This document shows, piece after piece, positions 54,417 through 64,000 of a stretch of 64,000 bases of DNA (positions are counted from its first letter, which is position 1; each line of letters begins with the position of its first letter). The notes under the pieces are model-generated. The model had not been told where the DNA came from. It did not search any database and was given only the letters and a program-made list of their open reading frames with translations. Origin of the DNA: an uncultured Planctomycetota bacterium. Its GTDB lineage: Bacteria > Planctomycetota > Planctomycetia > Isosphaerales > Isosphaeraceae. Both the position numbers and the translations under genes were made by a program. The stretch is from NCBI GenBank assembly GCA_963823665.1, contig CAWGMQ010000004.1:1984001-2048000 (forward strand), written 5' to 3'.

Positions 54417-54991
54417 GAAAACTTTCCCTCCTCGAAGCGGCTCCTGGATGTTCAACCGCGCAGGGGACATCGTGGGCACACACGGACCCGAAGATTCGGC
54501 TGAGTCCTCCCTTGCCGAGGACAGCCCCGCGCACGGCCAAGGCGTCCTCAACCATCCTGCGTGAGGCTTCAGCCGAATTGTCAACGCGCTACGTCAAAGA
54601 TGATGAGGGATGCTGGAACGACTCTGCGGCCTGCCCGTCTATCGCAAATCAAATAGTCCGGGGGAGCGGACGATGTGGTCTCCACAAACAATTGCGAGGA
54701 CGCCACGAGCGGGAAGTCGCGTGGAACCTTGCCCTTCCCCGCCACGATCATTACAACCCCGAATTCGTTTGCGTGTCAAGCGAAGCAGTCCTCCCGCAGT
54801 GCATCCAGCAACAGGCCATTCCCCCGTCACAGGGTGTTTTTCGCCTCTCTCAATATTTTACGCACTTCCACAGTGTCCGGTCGGCGAATTGCGCGAATGG
54901 AATCAAAATATCGGTTGGGTTGTAACGGCCGGTTGGGCGGTTTGAGCCTCTCTCGCGCACTCGTCGAGCGCCCATGGTCGCCCTTCGCTCC

Positions 54992-56643
54992 GAGGCTGTG
55001 ATTTTTTCGGCGTTGGGGTTGATTTTGTATAGTGTTCACGTTCTAATACCATGCATGTAGTCCGCCGCATGAGCCCCACGCAGCCCCGGTGTTGCAGGAC
55101 GAGCGTCATGACACTTCCTCTCTTTAGCCCAGAAGACTTGCCCGATCAGCCCTCTCCCGCCCAGGCTGCCCAGTCGATGCCAACTGGCAAGCCGCGGCTG
55201 CGGTGTCCCGTACGCGACCAGATCGAGATGCGCTGGGCATCGCTCGATGAATTGCTCGAGGCCGACCATCCGGCCCGGGTCGTCTGGGCGGCGGTCTGCA
55301 AGCTCGATCTGAAAGCCTGGCTCGGCGAGATCAAGGCCGTCGAGCGACATGTCGGCCGAGATGCCACCGACCCGCGCTTGCTGGTCGGATTGCGGGTTTT
55401 CGCCACATTGAAGGGAGTCGGCAGCGCCCGTGAAATCGAACGGCTGTGCGAAAAGAACCAAGGGAGTCTGCCGTACCAGTGGCTGTGCGGCGGCGTAACC
55501 GTCAACCACAGCATGTTGTCCCACTTCCTCGCTTGTGGGGGCGAGAAGTTGAACGAACTGCTCACGCAGATCGTGGGCACCCTGCTCCATGCCGGGTTGG
55601 TGAAAATGGACCGGGTCGCTCAGGACGGAATGAGAGTGCGTGCCAGCGCGGGCAAGAGCTCGTTTCGTCGTCGCGGTAGCCTGGAGGAGTGCCTGAAAGC
55701 GGCGAAGGAGCAGGTTGAGGCGCTGAAGAAACTGGCCGAGGAGGACACAGCAGAGCTGACTCGACGGCAGCGAGCGGCGCGGGAGCGTGCCGCCAACAAG
55801 CGACAGCAACGGATCGAAGAAGCGATGCGGCAGTGCGAGGAGCTGCAACGCGAACGTGACGAGTCCTACGGCCGCAAGGGGCGGGAAGCGCGTGCTTCGA
55901 CCACCGACCCCGACGCGAGGATCATGAAGTTTCCAGACGGAGGATTCCGGCCGGGATATAACGTTCAATTCACAACAGACACCGAAAGCGGTGTGATTGT
56001 GGGTGTGGAGGTGACCAACGCAGGGAACGATGGCGAAGAACTTCCGCCCATGCTCGACCAGTTGGAGGAGCGTTACGAACGAATTCCGGATGAGGCATTG
56101 GTTGACGGTGGCTTCACGACCAAGGACTCGATCGATCAGGCGGCCCAACGCGGCTGCATCGTATACGGGCCGATCAGAGACGAGAAAAAGAAACAGGCAA
56201 ATGGAGAAGATCCCTACACCGCAAAGAAGGGCGACAGCGAAGCGGTTGCCGCTTGGCGGATCCGAATGGGGACCGAGGCCGCGAAGCTGATCTACCGGCT
56301 GCGAGGCCAAACAGCCGAGTGGGTCAACGCCCAGGCTCGCAATCGAGGATTCTGGTTTATGCCCGTGCGTGGCCAACCGCGTTGCCGCGCCGTCGCATTG
56401 TTGTTTGCAATTGCTCACAACCTGGTTGTCGCAGGGAGACTGCGCCCAGCGATGGGCAAACTGGCGGAATGAGCGGTACTTTGCAAAAAAGGGACAAAAT
56501 AGGAAAGCGCGTTTGCGTCAACGGCTGGGCTATTGGAGAACTGGCGTGAATCGGCGGCACTAACCGAGCGACCAAGCGGTGAATCACAGCCGACTAGGCC
56601 CAACGGCCGAGTTACCGCAACGCGGCCAAAAGATGACAGCCTC
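54992..56643 (+). mobile_element. IS1182-family insertion sequence
   Basis: Imperfect terminal IRs gaggctgtgattttttcgg and ggccaaaagatgacagcctc. TCC on both flanks. Contains a transposase. Confidence 0.85.
55108..56472 (+). CDS. IS1182-family transposase
   Basis: LEADHPAR, GR.A.DP, SAREIER, QDGMRVRASA, TDPDAR.MK, YNVQ, LVDGGF and AEWVNA motifs. ORF uninterrupted. Confidence 0.92.
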   Translation: MTLPLFSPEDLPDQPSPAQAAQSMPTGKPRLRCPVRDQIEMRWASLDELLEADHPARVVWAAVCKLDLKAWLGEIKAVERHVGRDATDPRLLVGLRVFATLKGVGSAREIERLCEKNQGSLPYQWLCGGVTVNHSMLSHFLACGGEKLNELLTQIVGTLLHAGLVKMDRVAQDGMRVRASAGKSSFRRRGSLEECLKAAKEQVEALKKLAEEDTAELTRRQRAARERAANKRQQRIEEAMRQCEELQRERDESYGRKGREARASTTDPDARIMKFPDGGFRPGYNVQFTTDTESGVIVGVEVTNAGNDGEELPPMLDQLEERYERIPDEALVDGGFTTKDSIDQAAQRGCIVYGPIRDEKKKQANGEDPYTAKKGDSEAVAAWRIRMGTEAAKLIYRLRGQTAEWVNAQARNRGFWFMPVRGQPRCRAVALLFAIAHNLVVAGRLRPAMGKLAE

Positions 56644-56730
56644 TCCGCGAAGGGATTCTCCTTGAGCCCCGCGCTCGCCCGCCGAGCGGCGATGGTCGCC
56701 ATTCGCTCCCGCGAAGGGATTCTTCGAGCC
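56644..56730. repeat. REP-like palindromic tandem units; first unit is split by the IS, with its left half at 54944-54991
   Basis: atggtcgcccttcgctcc|gcgaagggattct vs intact atggtcgccattcgctcccgcgaagggattct at about 56692-56723. Confidence 0.75.
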
Positions 56731-56787
56731 CGTCGCCTATTCGCCACGTGCGGAGAGCGCCACCTGGGCATCACGGCCCGCCGGGCG

Positions 56788-59023
56788 CTATTGCCCGGGC
56801 AAGATGAGCTTCGACTTTTCCGCGCCCCGAGCAGGCGCCGCCGGTGAGCCCGGAGTCCAGATCGACGAGGGACTGCCTGCCGCTTCGGGCGTCCAGATCT
56901 CGCCCTGACTCGCGGCAACGCCCAGCTCGCCCGTGGCGGTCGTCACCCGGGGACCATACCGTTTGATATACTGCTCCAGAATACGAGTATCGAGGATCAA
57001 CTGGTCCGGGCGTTTGGGATCGACGACGGCCTGTACGAGCCCGAAATTGACCAGCCGCAAGAGCACCGCCGACGTCGCTTCCTGGTTGCCGCGACAGCGA
57101 TCGAGGATGACCGCAAGCACGGGTACCCACTCATCGGGCGGGTCAAGCAGCATTCTCACGTGGAGGCCGATCAAGTCCCACGTGAGCGAGTGCGCCGAGC
57201 GTTTCTGCGGCGCCTCCGATTGCCGCCCTTTCGCCAGCCAGTGCTCAGCCTGCACTCGCTCGCCCGACTGGGCCGCGTCGAGCGCGAGGTCCCCGTAAAA
57301 CTTGATCGTCTCGACCTGCCCCTTCGTCAAGAGTGACGGACGCTCGTCCAGGAGCCGGGACACCTGGTTTCGCACCTGCCTCAGACCCCATTTCACCGAG
57401 CGGCGATAAAGCGCCAGCAGCCTCTCGTCGTCCAGGCGGTCAATCGGCACCTGTGCGAGTCGCGAGAGGTGAAGCTCCTCGATTTTCACCGTATCGGGGT
57501 CGATCGCCGGCTCCGGGGCCAGGTGCAGCTTCGAGCGCAGCTCGTTCCAATCGAGCACGTCCACCGGCAGGTCGTTTGCACTCTCCATCCGCCGGGTGCT
57601 GGCACGCAAATACGTTTCGGAGTCACCGGCCTCTCCAGCCTGGAGCGGGGTCCGTCGCCGCAGCGACGGGTGCGGCGTCGCCGGCCAGATCTCGCCGATG
57701 ACATGAGCAGCCCGCTCGCTTCCCAGGCGGTCGTGATCTTCCGGAGCCAGCCCAGTCGGGAGATGCCATCGCCCGGCCAGCGCCAGCTCATGCCGGGGCA
57801 CGTGACCGATGATCTTGGTCCGCGGGTGAGCCGGAGGAATATTCGAGGCCGCAACGGCCGTGAATCGGTCGATCAGGAGATCGAGCCGGCCGTCATCGAC
57901 CGCTTCGAGGTAGGCGACGTCGCTACCAATGAGCAGCTCCCCGTCGACCCGAGGAAGATCGGCCCCGAAGAGACCAGGCTTTGCCTCGACCACCGGACGA
58001 TCAAGGAGCGAGAAACTCTCGAGCGGAGGAGACTCCGGATCATCCGCAAGCGGACGAGGCTCAACCTGTGCGATCGTCCGATCGCCGCGCAAGGCGGCGA
58101 GCAACCCTTCACGGTTCCGGATTGGCCAGCTCAATCGATCGATATCGATCAAGTCGTAACGCGAAGCGGGCTCGATCAACTGGCAGAGCGTTTCGAGATC
58201 GACAGTGTCGGTCGTCGGTTTGCTGCGTGCGATGTATCGCCGCAGGGCGGCAACCGCGCCGTCATGGTCCGCCAGCCACAAGCAACACAACCCGCGATTT
58301 CGGTCGGCGAAAATACCCGCCGCCGAGCCCGCCGCCAGCAGTTCAAAGGCGGAGGCCGCCGATGACCAGAGCCCCTCTTCCGCCCAGCTCAGCGCCTGCT
58401 CGAACGATTCACGAAAAGCCTGCGCTACGGCCTGGGGCGCGGGGGAAAGCCCGTAGGGGTTCTTCTCCCAGACCGAGACCGCTGGATTCGCAAGCAGACC
58501 TTGAAGCTGCGAAGCAATCTGCTTTCCCTCGTCGCTCGAAATGCGACCAGCAAGCTCGAGATGCTTGATCGCTGCGGCCGGAAAACCCGCGCGAGCCAGA
58601 TGCGTGCCGACAAACGTCGCCAGCGATGCGAGCTGCGAGCGATCGAGAACCCTGGTGGGCCGATAGTGCCTGCTGAAGCTGGACGACGCCTGCTTCGGCA
58701 CCCTCCATATCAATCGCAAGCCTCGTCATCAAGATCGATGCGCCCAGATGCGCCGGTTGCTTCTGGAGCAACCGCTGCAGGCTCTCGACCGCAAGCTCGT
58801 TTTGATTGAGATGGAGCTGCACGAGCGCCTTGCGCAAGAGCAGGGAAACGTTGTCCGGATTCTTCGCCAGACCCTCGGCCAGGGGATTCATCGCGAGGTC
58901 GTACTGCCCGTTATCCAGGAGCCGTTGCGACCGCTCGATGTAAGGCTCGACACTCTGGCAGCACCACTTATATTTCTGACCGCTTCCACAGTGGCACGGG
59001 GCATAAGGCTCGACCAACGCCAT
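56788..59023 (-). CDS. SEC-C motif and TPR-containing protein (apparent frameshift near 58665)
   Basis: N-terminal PCHCGSGQKYKWCC, TPR-like helices and C-terminal IWTP repeats. Joins ORFs 58409..59023 and 56788..58719. Confidence 0.8.
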
Positions 59024-59252
59024 CGTGGGCCTCTCGAGGTAAAATCGTTTCGCGGGTGGTTATGTTGTTCAATTTCAAACACTAGCAGAACCCCGCGCAC
59101 CCCGTCTATGCTGATACGACGGAAGAAAACCGCGCTACGGCGCATCGCCCCTCGCGGACTTTATACCGCAAACGGTTTGGTGCCAGGGCCCTCGGTAATC
59201 GGCCCTCCGACAGGAGCTGCCAGAACCGGGAAACCATCTGGAGCAATCACTA

Positions 59253-60134
59253 ATGGTCCGTTCCAGCGCTCCCTTGGCGGCCGTGCTTATTCTAATTCTG
59301 ATTCCAGCGCGCCCTGCGTTTGCTTGGGGGCGTATGGCCCATCGAGCGTCGGCGAAGCTTGCCGATTCGCGCCTCTCGCCCCACACCCGCGCGATGATCC
59401 GGCAATTGCTCGAGCCGGGTGAATCATTGGCTGATGCCTCCACCTGGGCCGACGAGCACAACCGCGAGATCAGAGGCAGCACATACTGGCACTTCGTCAA
59501 TGTGCCGATCTGGGCCACCCGCTACGACTCCCGCGATTGCCGGCCCCAGGGCTGCGTCATCTCGAAAATCGCCGAGTTCAAGGCGACACTACTCGATCAG
59601 AGCGCGCCACTCGCCCGTCGCCGTATGGCCCTCCGCTTTCTCGTGCACCTGGTGCAGGACGTGCACCAGCCAATGCACGTCGCCGACCGAAACGACCGGG
59701 GCGGCAACGCCGTCCAGTTACGCTACGGTCGCTACGACAATACGAATTTGCACCAGGTCTGGGATTCCGGGCTCTTGAGCCGCGCGTATCGCAATGAAGA
59801 CGATTTGATGCGCCACCTCGAGTCGCTCGCCAAGAGGCCCGAGGCAAAAGACTGGTTGAGCGGCGGCCCCGAAGACTGGGCGAATGAGAGCTTGCTGGTC
59901 GGCCGGCACGCTTACGAAATTCCCGGCTCCGACGCGACCCTACGGGCGGGCGATTCGATCGGGCGAGCCTACGAGCAGGAGAACGCACCCAGGGCCGCGG
60001 ATCGGCTTGCGCGTTCCGGGGTCCGCCTGGCCGCAATGCTCGAAGCCGTCTTCAAGAACTCTGACCCTCGATCAAACCCAAACCCCGGGCGAGGAATACC
60101 GCAACAAGGCAAAGCAGTCCCTGCCGGCCGATGA
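59253..60134 (+). CDS. S1/P1 nuclease, secreted
   Basis: AFA-WG...H, WAD, WHFVN, H.V.DVHQPMH, D.GGN and NLHQVWD motifs. Confidence 0.93.
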   Translation: MVRSSAPLAAVLILILIPARPAFAWGRMAHRASAKLADSRLSPHTRAMIRQLLEPGESLADASTWADEHNREIRGSTYWHFVNVPIWATRYDSRDCRPQGCVISKIAEFKATLLDQSAPLARRRMALRFLVHLVQDVHQPMHVADRNDRGGNAVQLRYGRYDNTNLHQVWDSGLLSRAYRNEDDLMRHLESLAKRPEAKDWLSGGPEDWANESLLVGRHAYEIPGSDATLRAGDSIGRAYEQENAPRAADRLARSGVRLAAMLEAVFKNSDPRSNPNPGRGIPQQGKAVPAGR

Positions 60135-60186
60135 GGGGTTCGTCGAGCGGTGCTCTGTTCCGCCGCGCGCAACAGGCAGCCCGTTC

Positions 60187-60381
60187 TCACTTCTTCGGTT
60201 TGGAAGCCTTCGGCTCGCCGGCTGTCTTCTTCTTCGCTTTCGGTTTCTCCTTCGTAGGCGTAGCCGTCTTGGTCTCTTCTTCACTCTGCGCGGAATCGTC
60301 GACTCCGTGCTCGAGAGGACGTTCACCAAAGATCTTCTCAAAATTCGGAAAGCCGTATTTCCGTACGATCGGGCCGCTCAT
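60187..60381 (-). CDS. Small hypothetical protein with Lys-rich tail
   Basis: GGAGG upstream of ATG 60381. MSGPIVRKYGFPNFEKIFG...KPKAKKK. Confidence 0.55.
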   Translation of the reverse strand: MSGPIVRKYGFPNFEKIFGERPLEHGVDDSAQSEEETKTATPTKEKPKAKKKTAGEPKASKPKK

Positions 60382-60764
60382 GATTCGTCTCGCCTCCCAA
60401 CACTCCACTTCCTATCGCCGGCCCGCGTTGGAATTGCAGGCACGGACGGATTCCCTGATAGCTTACGTACTCGCCTTTATTTAACACTTCCGGGAACTCT
60501 AGCCGCAATGCGGAAAGGAAACGCCCATCCCAGGAGGGCGAAACCGGCGTAGTGAAGAATCGACCTTAAGTGCAAATTTAGATTGACCTTGTGTATTCCT
60601 CAGGCCGCTCTGCTTGGAGTCCTGGTGCTATTCCCTCGCATCCGGCGCGGTTAATCTGCGCATATGCCCTTCCACGCTCGCAGGGTCTAGGGTGGGGCGT
60701 TTGGGCCCGTGCGGATACGCTCTTCGCAGGCGAGCAGAACAGAGATCAGTCCGGAGTCCGCCAG

Positions 60765-62140
60765 ATGTCCTCGGCGCGTGCCGCCTTGTCCACCATGCAC
60801 GTCCTCCCTCCCGGGCCGAGCTCACCATCTTGGTGGCAGCTCGTCCGCTTCGCTGGCGATCCGCTTCGGCTTCTGGACGAGTGTCACCGTCGCTACGGAG
60901 ACGCCTTCACGCTCGATCTCTTCGGCAACGGCCGCTTCGTGATGCTTTCCGACCCGGAGGTTGTCCGCGAGGTCTTGCGTGCCGAACCGGATGTGCTTCA
61001 CTCGGGCGAGGCCAATGCGGTTTTCATCCCGACCGTCGGGCGGCATTCGGTCCTCGTTCTTGACGAAGCCCCGCACGCGCGGCGCGCCGGGTGTTGGTCC
61101 CGCCGTTGAAGGGCGAGCGGATGCGCGCGTTTTTCGACGCCATGCGGCTGGAGACGCTCGAGGCTGTAAATGCTTGGCCGCGCGATGTCCCCACTCCGGC
61201 CCTCCCGGTGATGCGCCGGATCACGCTGCGAGTCATCCTCCGCACGGCGCTCGGCATGGCTCCCGGCCCGGAAATGGACCGATTTGAGCACAAGGTGGAG
61301 ACTTTCTTGTCGAACGGCCGCCAGCGATATGCCTTGGTGCTCATCACAATCATCCCGATCCACAAGTTCAGCGGGTCGCGGTGGGTGCCGCTGTTCCGGC
61401 AGTTGAGCGACCTCGATGACGATCTCTTCGCCTTGATTGCCGCGCGGCGCCGGGGCGATCGGCCAGCGACTGGCGAAAACGTGCTTGATGATCTGCTCGC
61501 GGCAACGTACGAGGACGGCTCACCGCTTGACGCTCAGCAGATACGCGACGCACTGATCACGATCCTGATCGCCGGCCACGACACAACCGCCCTTGCACTC
61601 GCCTGGGCACTGACGGAGGTGGTGCCCCGCGCGGAGGTCGTCGATCGCCTGACCGACGAATTGAGACGGGTCACCGGCGGTGCTCCGCCTGAGGCCGAGC
61701 ATCTTCCCGCCTTGGAATACCTGGATGCAGCGATCCGCGAGAGCCTGCGAACGCGCCCGGTGGCGCCCTTCATTGTGCGGAAGACGGTGAAGTCGTTCGC
61801 CGCCGGCGGTCGGGAATACCCGGCCGGGGTAGTCCTCTGCCCATGCTCTTACCTGGTCCACCGGCGACAGGATCTCTATCCCGAACCCGACCAGTTCCGC
61901 CCCGAGCGATTCCTGGAGCGTAAATTCGGCCCCCACGAGTGGTTCCCCTTCGGCGGCGGCAATCGAGTCTGTGTGGGGATGCCCTTCGCGCTCTACGAAA
62001 TGAAGGTCCTCCTGGCGACCCTCTTCAGCCAGGTCCGTCTGTCCCGGCCCGCGGGCGCCCGGTCACGGGCGAGGCGCTACGGGGTCGTCCTGGGCCCGGA
62101 CGACGGGGCACGCGTGATTGTTCGGGGATCCATCGCCTAG
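60765..62140 (+). CDS. Cytochrome P450 (apparent frameshift near 61085)
   Basis: PPGP, AGHDTT, ESLR, FRPERF and PFGGGNRVCVG heme motif. Confidence 0.95.
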
Positions 62141-62271
62141 CCATTCGGACGAATAGGTGATGAGCTGAAGCCCCCGGATTGGCAAATTCCGAAATTGCTT
62201 CGGACTCGAGAATGAGCGAAACTATTGGGATATAGGATTTGAGGCACCCTCTGGGGGCGCCATAGGAGAAA

Positions 62272-62565
62272 GTGATGACCATCAGTTTTGAGATACCGCA
62301 GGACATTGAGGAGCAGATCCGCACGAACGGAACAGACCTCGATCGCGAGGCACGCGAGACGTACCTCGTCGAGCTTTACCGGCAAGACCGGATTTCCCAT
62401 CACCAGCTCACCCAGGCGTTGGGCCTGACCCGGCTTGAGACCGACGGCGTGCTCAAGCGTCACAAGGTTTCCTCCGGGCCGACCCTTGCAGAACTCCGCG
62501 CTGAAATCGGTTCCCTCCGCGATGCGACGCCCGAACGAACGTCGTCTCTGACACATCGCGACTGA
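62272..62565 (+). CDS. UPF0175 family protein (putative antitoxin)
   Basis: LVELYRQDRIS..QL..ALGL.R pattern, upstream of a PIN-like gene. Confidence 0.8.
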   Translation: MMTISFEIPQDIEEQIRTNGTDLDREARETYLVELYRQDRISHHQLTQALGLTRLETDGVLKRHKVSSGPTLAELRAEIGSLRDATPERTSSLTHRD

Positions 62566-63080
62566 ATTACCTGATCCTCACCGAGTCGATCCACGTGCTC
62601 CCCGCGATCTTCGGACGGGTGTACGCACCGTCTGCGGTGGCCAAAGAGCTTTTGCACCCCAGGAGCCCGGAAGCCGTGCGAGCTTGGGCGAGCAGCCCGC
62701 CCGACTGGCTCACGCTTCAAGACCCGATGCAAATCGACGCCTCGCTCAACCTCGGAGCTGGGGGGACGGCGGCGATCTCACTGGCCATCGAATTGAAAGC
62801 GGACCGGGTCCTCATTGACGAGCGGAAGGGTTATAAAGCAGCGTTACAGCGTGGCCTATACGCGACCACGACGCTCGGCCTTCTCGAAGAAGCATCTCAT
62901 AGAGGCTTGATCGATTTCGAAATGACAATTGACCGGCTGGCGAAGGCGACGACCTTCTACGTCACGGAGGATGTCCTTGAGGACTTCAGGCGGCAGGTCA
63001 GGGAACAGCACAACGCCCAGGCTCAGGACCGCAAGCGTCTGGACAAACTTGCCCAGGAGCAGGTCGGCGAACAGGGGTAG
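62535..63080 (+). CDS. DUF3368/PIN-like putative toxin; expected ATG reads ACG
   Basis: VVSDTS.LNYL...LP..FG.V..P.AV..EL...AAISLA.E....VLIDERKG. Confidence 0.78.
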   Translation, partial: TNVVSDTSRLNYLILTESIHVLPAIFGRVYAPSAVAKELLHPRSPEAVRAWASSPPDWLTLQDPMQIDASLNLGAGGTAAISLAIELKADRVLIDERKGYKAALQRGLYATTTLGLLEEASHRGLIDFEMTIDRLAKATTFYVTEDVLEDFRRQVREQHNAQAQDRKRLDKLAQEQVGEQG

Positions 63081-63351
63081 AACCACTTCATCCCTCGCCG
63101 CAGGCTCGAGCCGCTTTTCACAGACAAGTGGACCGCAGATGGGACAGGGTCCGGCAGATCTCGCCCACGCGTTCAGCCGATGCACGCAATGGTGGTGCTC
63201 GCGAACTGCCGGGGTACCAGTGCGCCGAGTTACTGGGCCATCCCGACGCAAGCGCCGCGCGAGCGAAGCGGTGCTGACGGCGTCGGTCGGGCTCGACGAA
63301 GTTGGACCGGTGGTCCGTCGAAGCGACGTTGATGGGCGCGCCCACCGCCGG

Positions 63352-64000
63352 TCACGACTTCCCCTGCGCCTCCGCAAACGCCGAATCAAACAGCCGCCCA
63401 GCGGACTTGAAGCCCATCTTCTCTTTGACAAAGCGGGCCGCCTCGGCAGCCCCGTACTCGCGGTCCATCCCGCAATCTTCCCACTCCACGGAGAGCGGTC
63501 CGTCGTAGCCGGTGTGGTTGAGTGCCCGCGCGATCTCCTCGAAGTTCACCTGTCCACGGCCCGGCGATCGGAAATCCCAGCCGCGCGCGGATCCCCGAAA
63601 TTGAGGTGCGACGCCAGGATCCCCGACCGGCCGTCAAGCGTGCGTGCTGCATCCTTCACGTGGACATGGAAAATCCGGTCCGGGAAGGCCCGGATGAACT
63701 CGACCGGATCAACCATCTGCCAGAGCAGATGGCTCGGGTCGAAGTTGAACCCGAATTCCGGACGCCGCCCGATCGCCTCGAGCGCTCGCTCGGCCGTGTA
63801 AATGTCAAACGCGATCTCGGTCGGATGCACCTCGAGAGCGAACTTGACCCCGCACTGCTTGAAGACGTCGAGAATCGGGTTCCAGCGATCGGCGAAAAGC
63901 TTGAATCCCTCGTCGATCATCGCATCGGAGACCGGCGGGAACGAGTAGAGCAAATGCCAGATCGACGAGCCCGTGAATCCGTTGACCACCTTCACGCCGA
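63352..64000 (-). CDS. Sugar phosphate isomerase/epimerase (xylose isomerase-like TIM barrel), partial; apparent frameshift near 63585
   Basis: [35 protein letters not shown] and [11 protein letters not shown] motifs. Confidence 0.9.

Noticed and set aside
54800..54830. Sigma-54 promoter upstream of prkA
   Set aside because: GG-to-GC spacing is 11 nt, not the required 10.

Overview
High-GC bacterial chromosome segment, inferred to be a planctomycete (Isosphaeraceae-like). Support: an ECF sigma with a ~1000-aa extension, a membrane Ser/Thr kinase, tetrahydromethanopterin (H4MPT) genes and Uma2 paralogues. It holds about 50 CDSs. Housekeeping genes: lipB-lipA, Xaa-Pro peptidase-accB-accC, a PFK with PPi-type motifs, GH130, a HAL2-type nucleotidase. 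Clusters: a four-gene H4MPT biosynthesis operon headed by an atypical SDR; an expanded prkA-yeaH-spoVR operon; a beta-helix/diheme cytochrome lipoprotein pair; IorAB-like molybdoenzyme genes. Accessory content: three toxin-antitoxin loci whose putative toxins all look disabled, REP-like repeat clusters, and an IS1182-family element inserted into the loop of a REP-like palindrome. About a dozen conserved genes carry single-base frameshifts, most simply explained as long-read or assembly errors. No rRNA, tRNA or CRISPR array was recognised. All family calls come from motif recognition by eye, not database searches. Best leads for undescribed biology: the FxxxK SDR (candidate methanopterin reductase), a LipB lacking its catalytic Lys/Cys, and the extra genes inside the PrkA operon.
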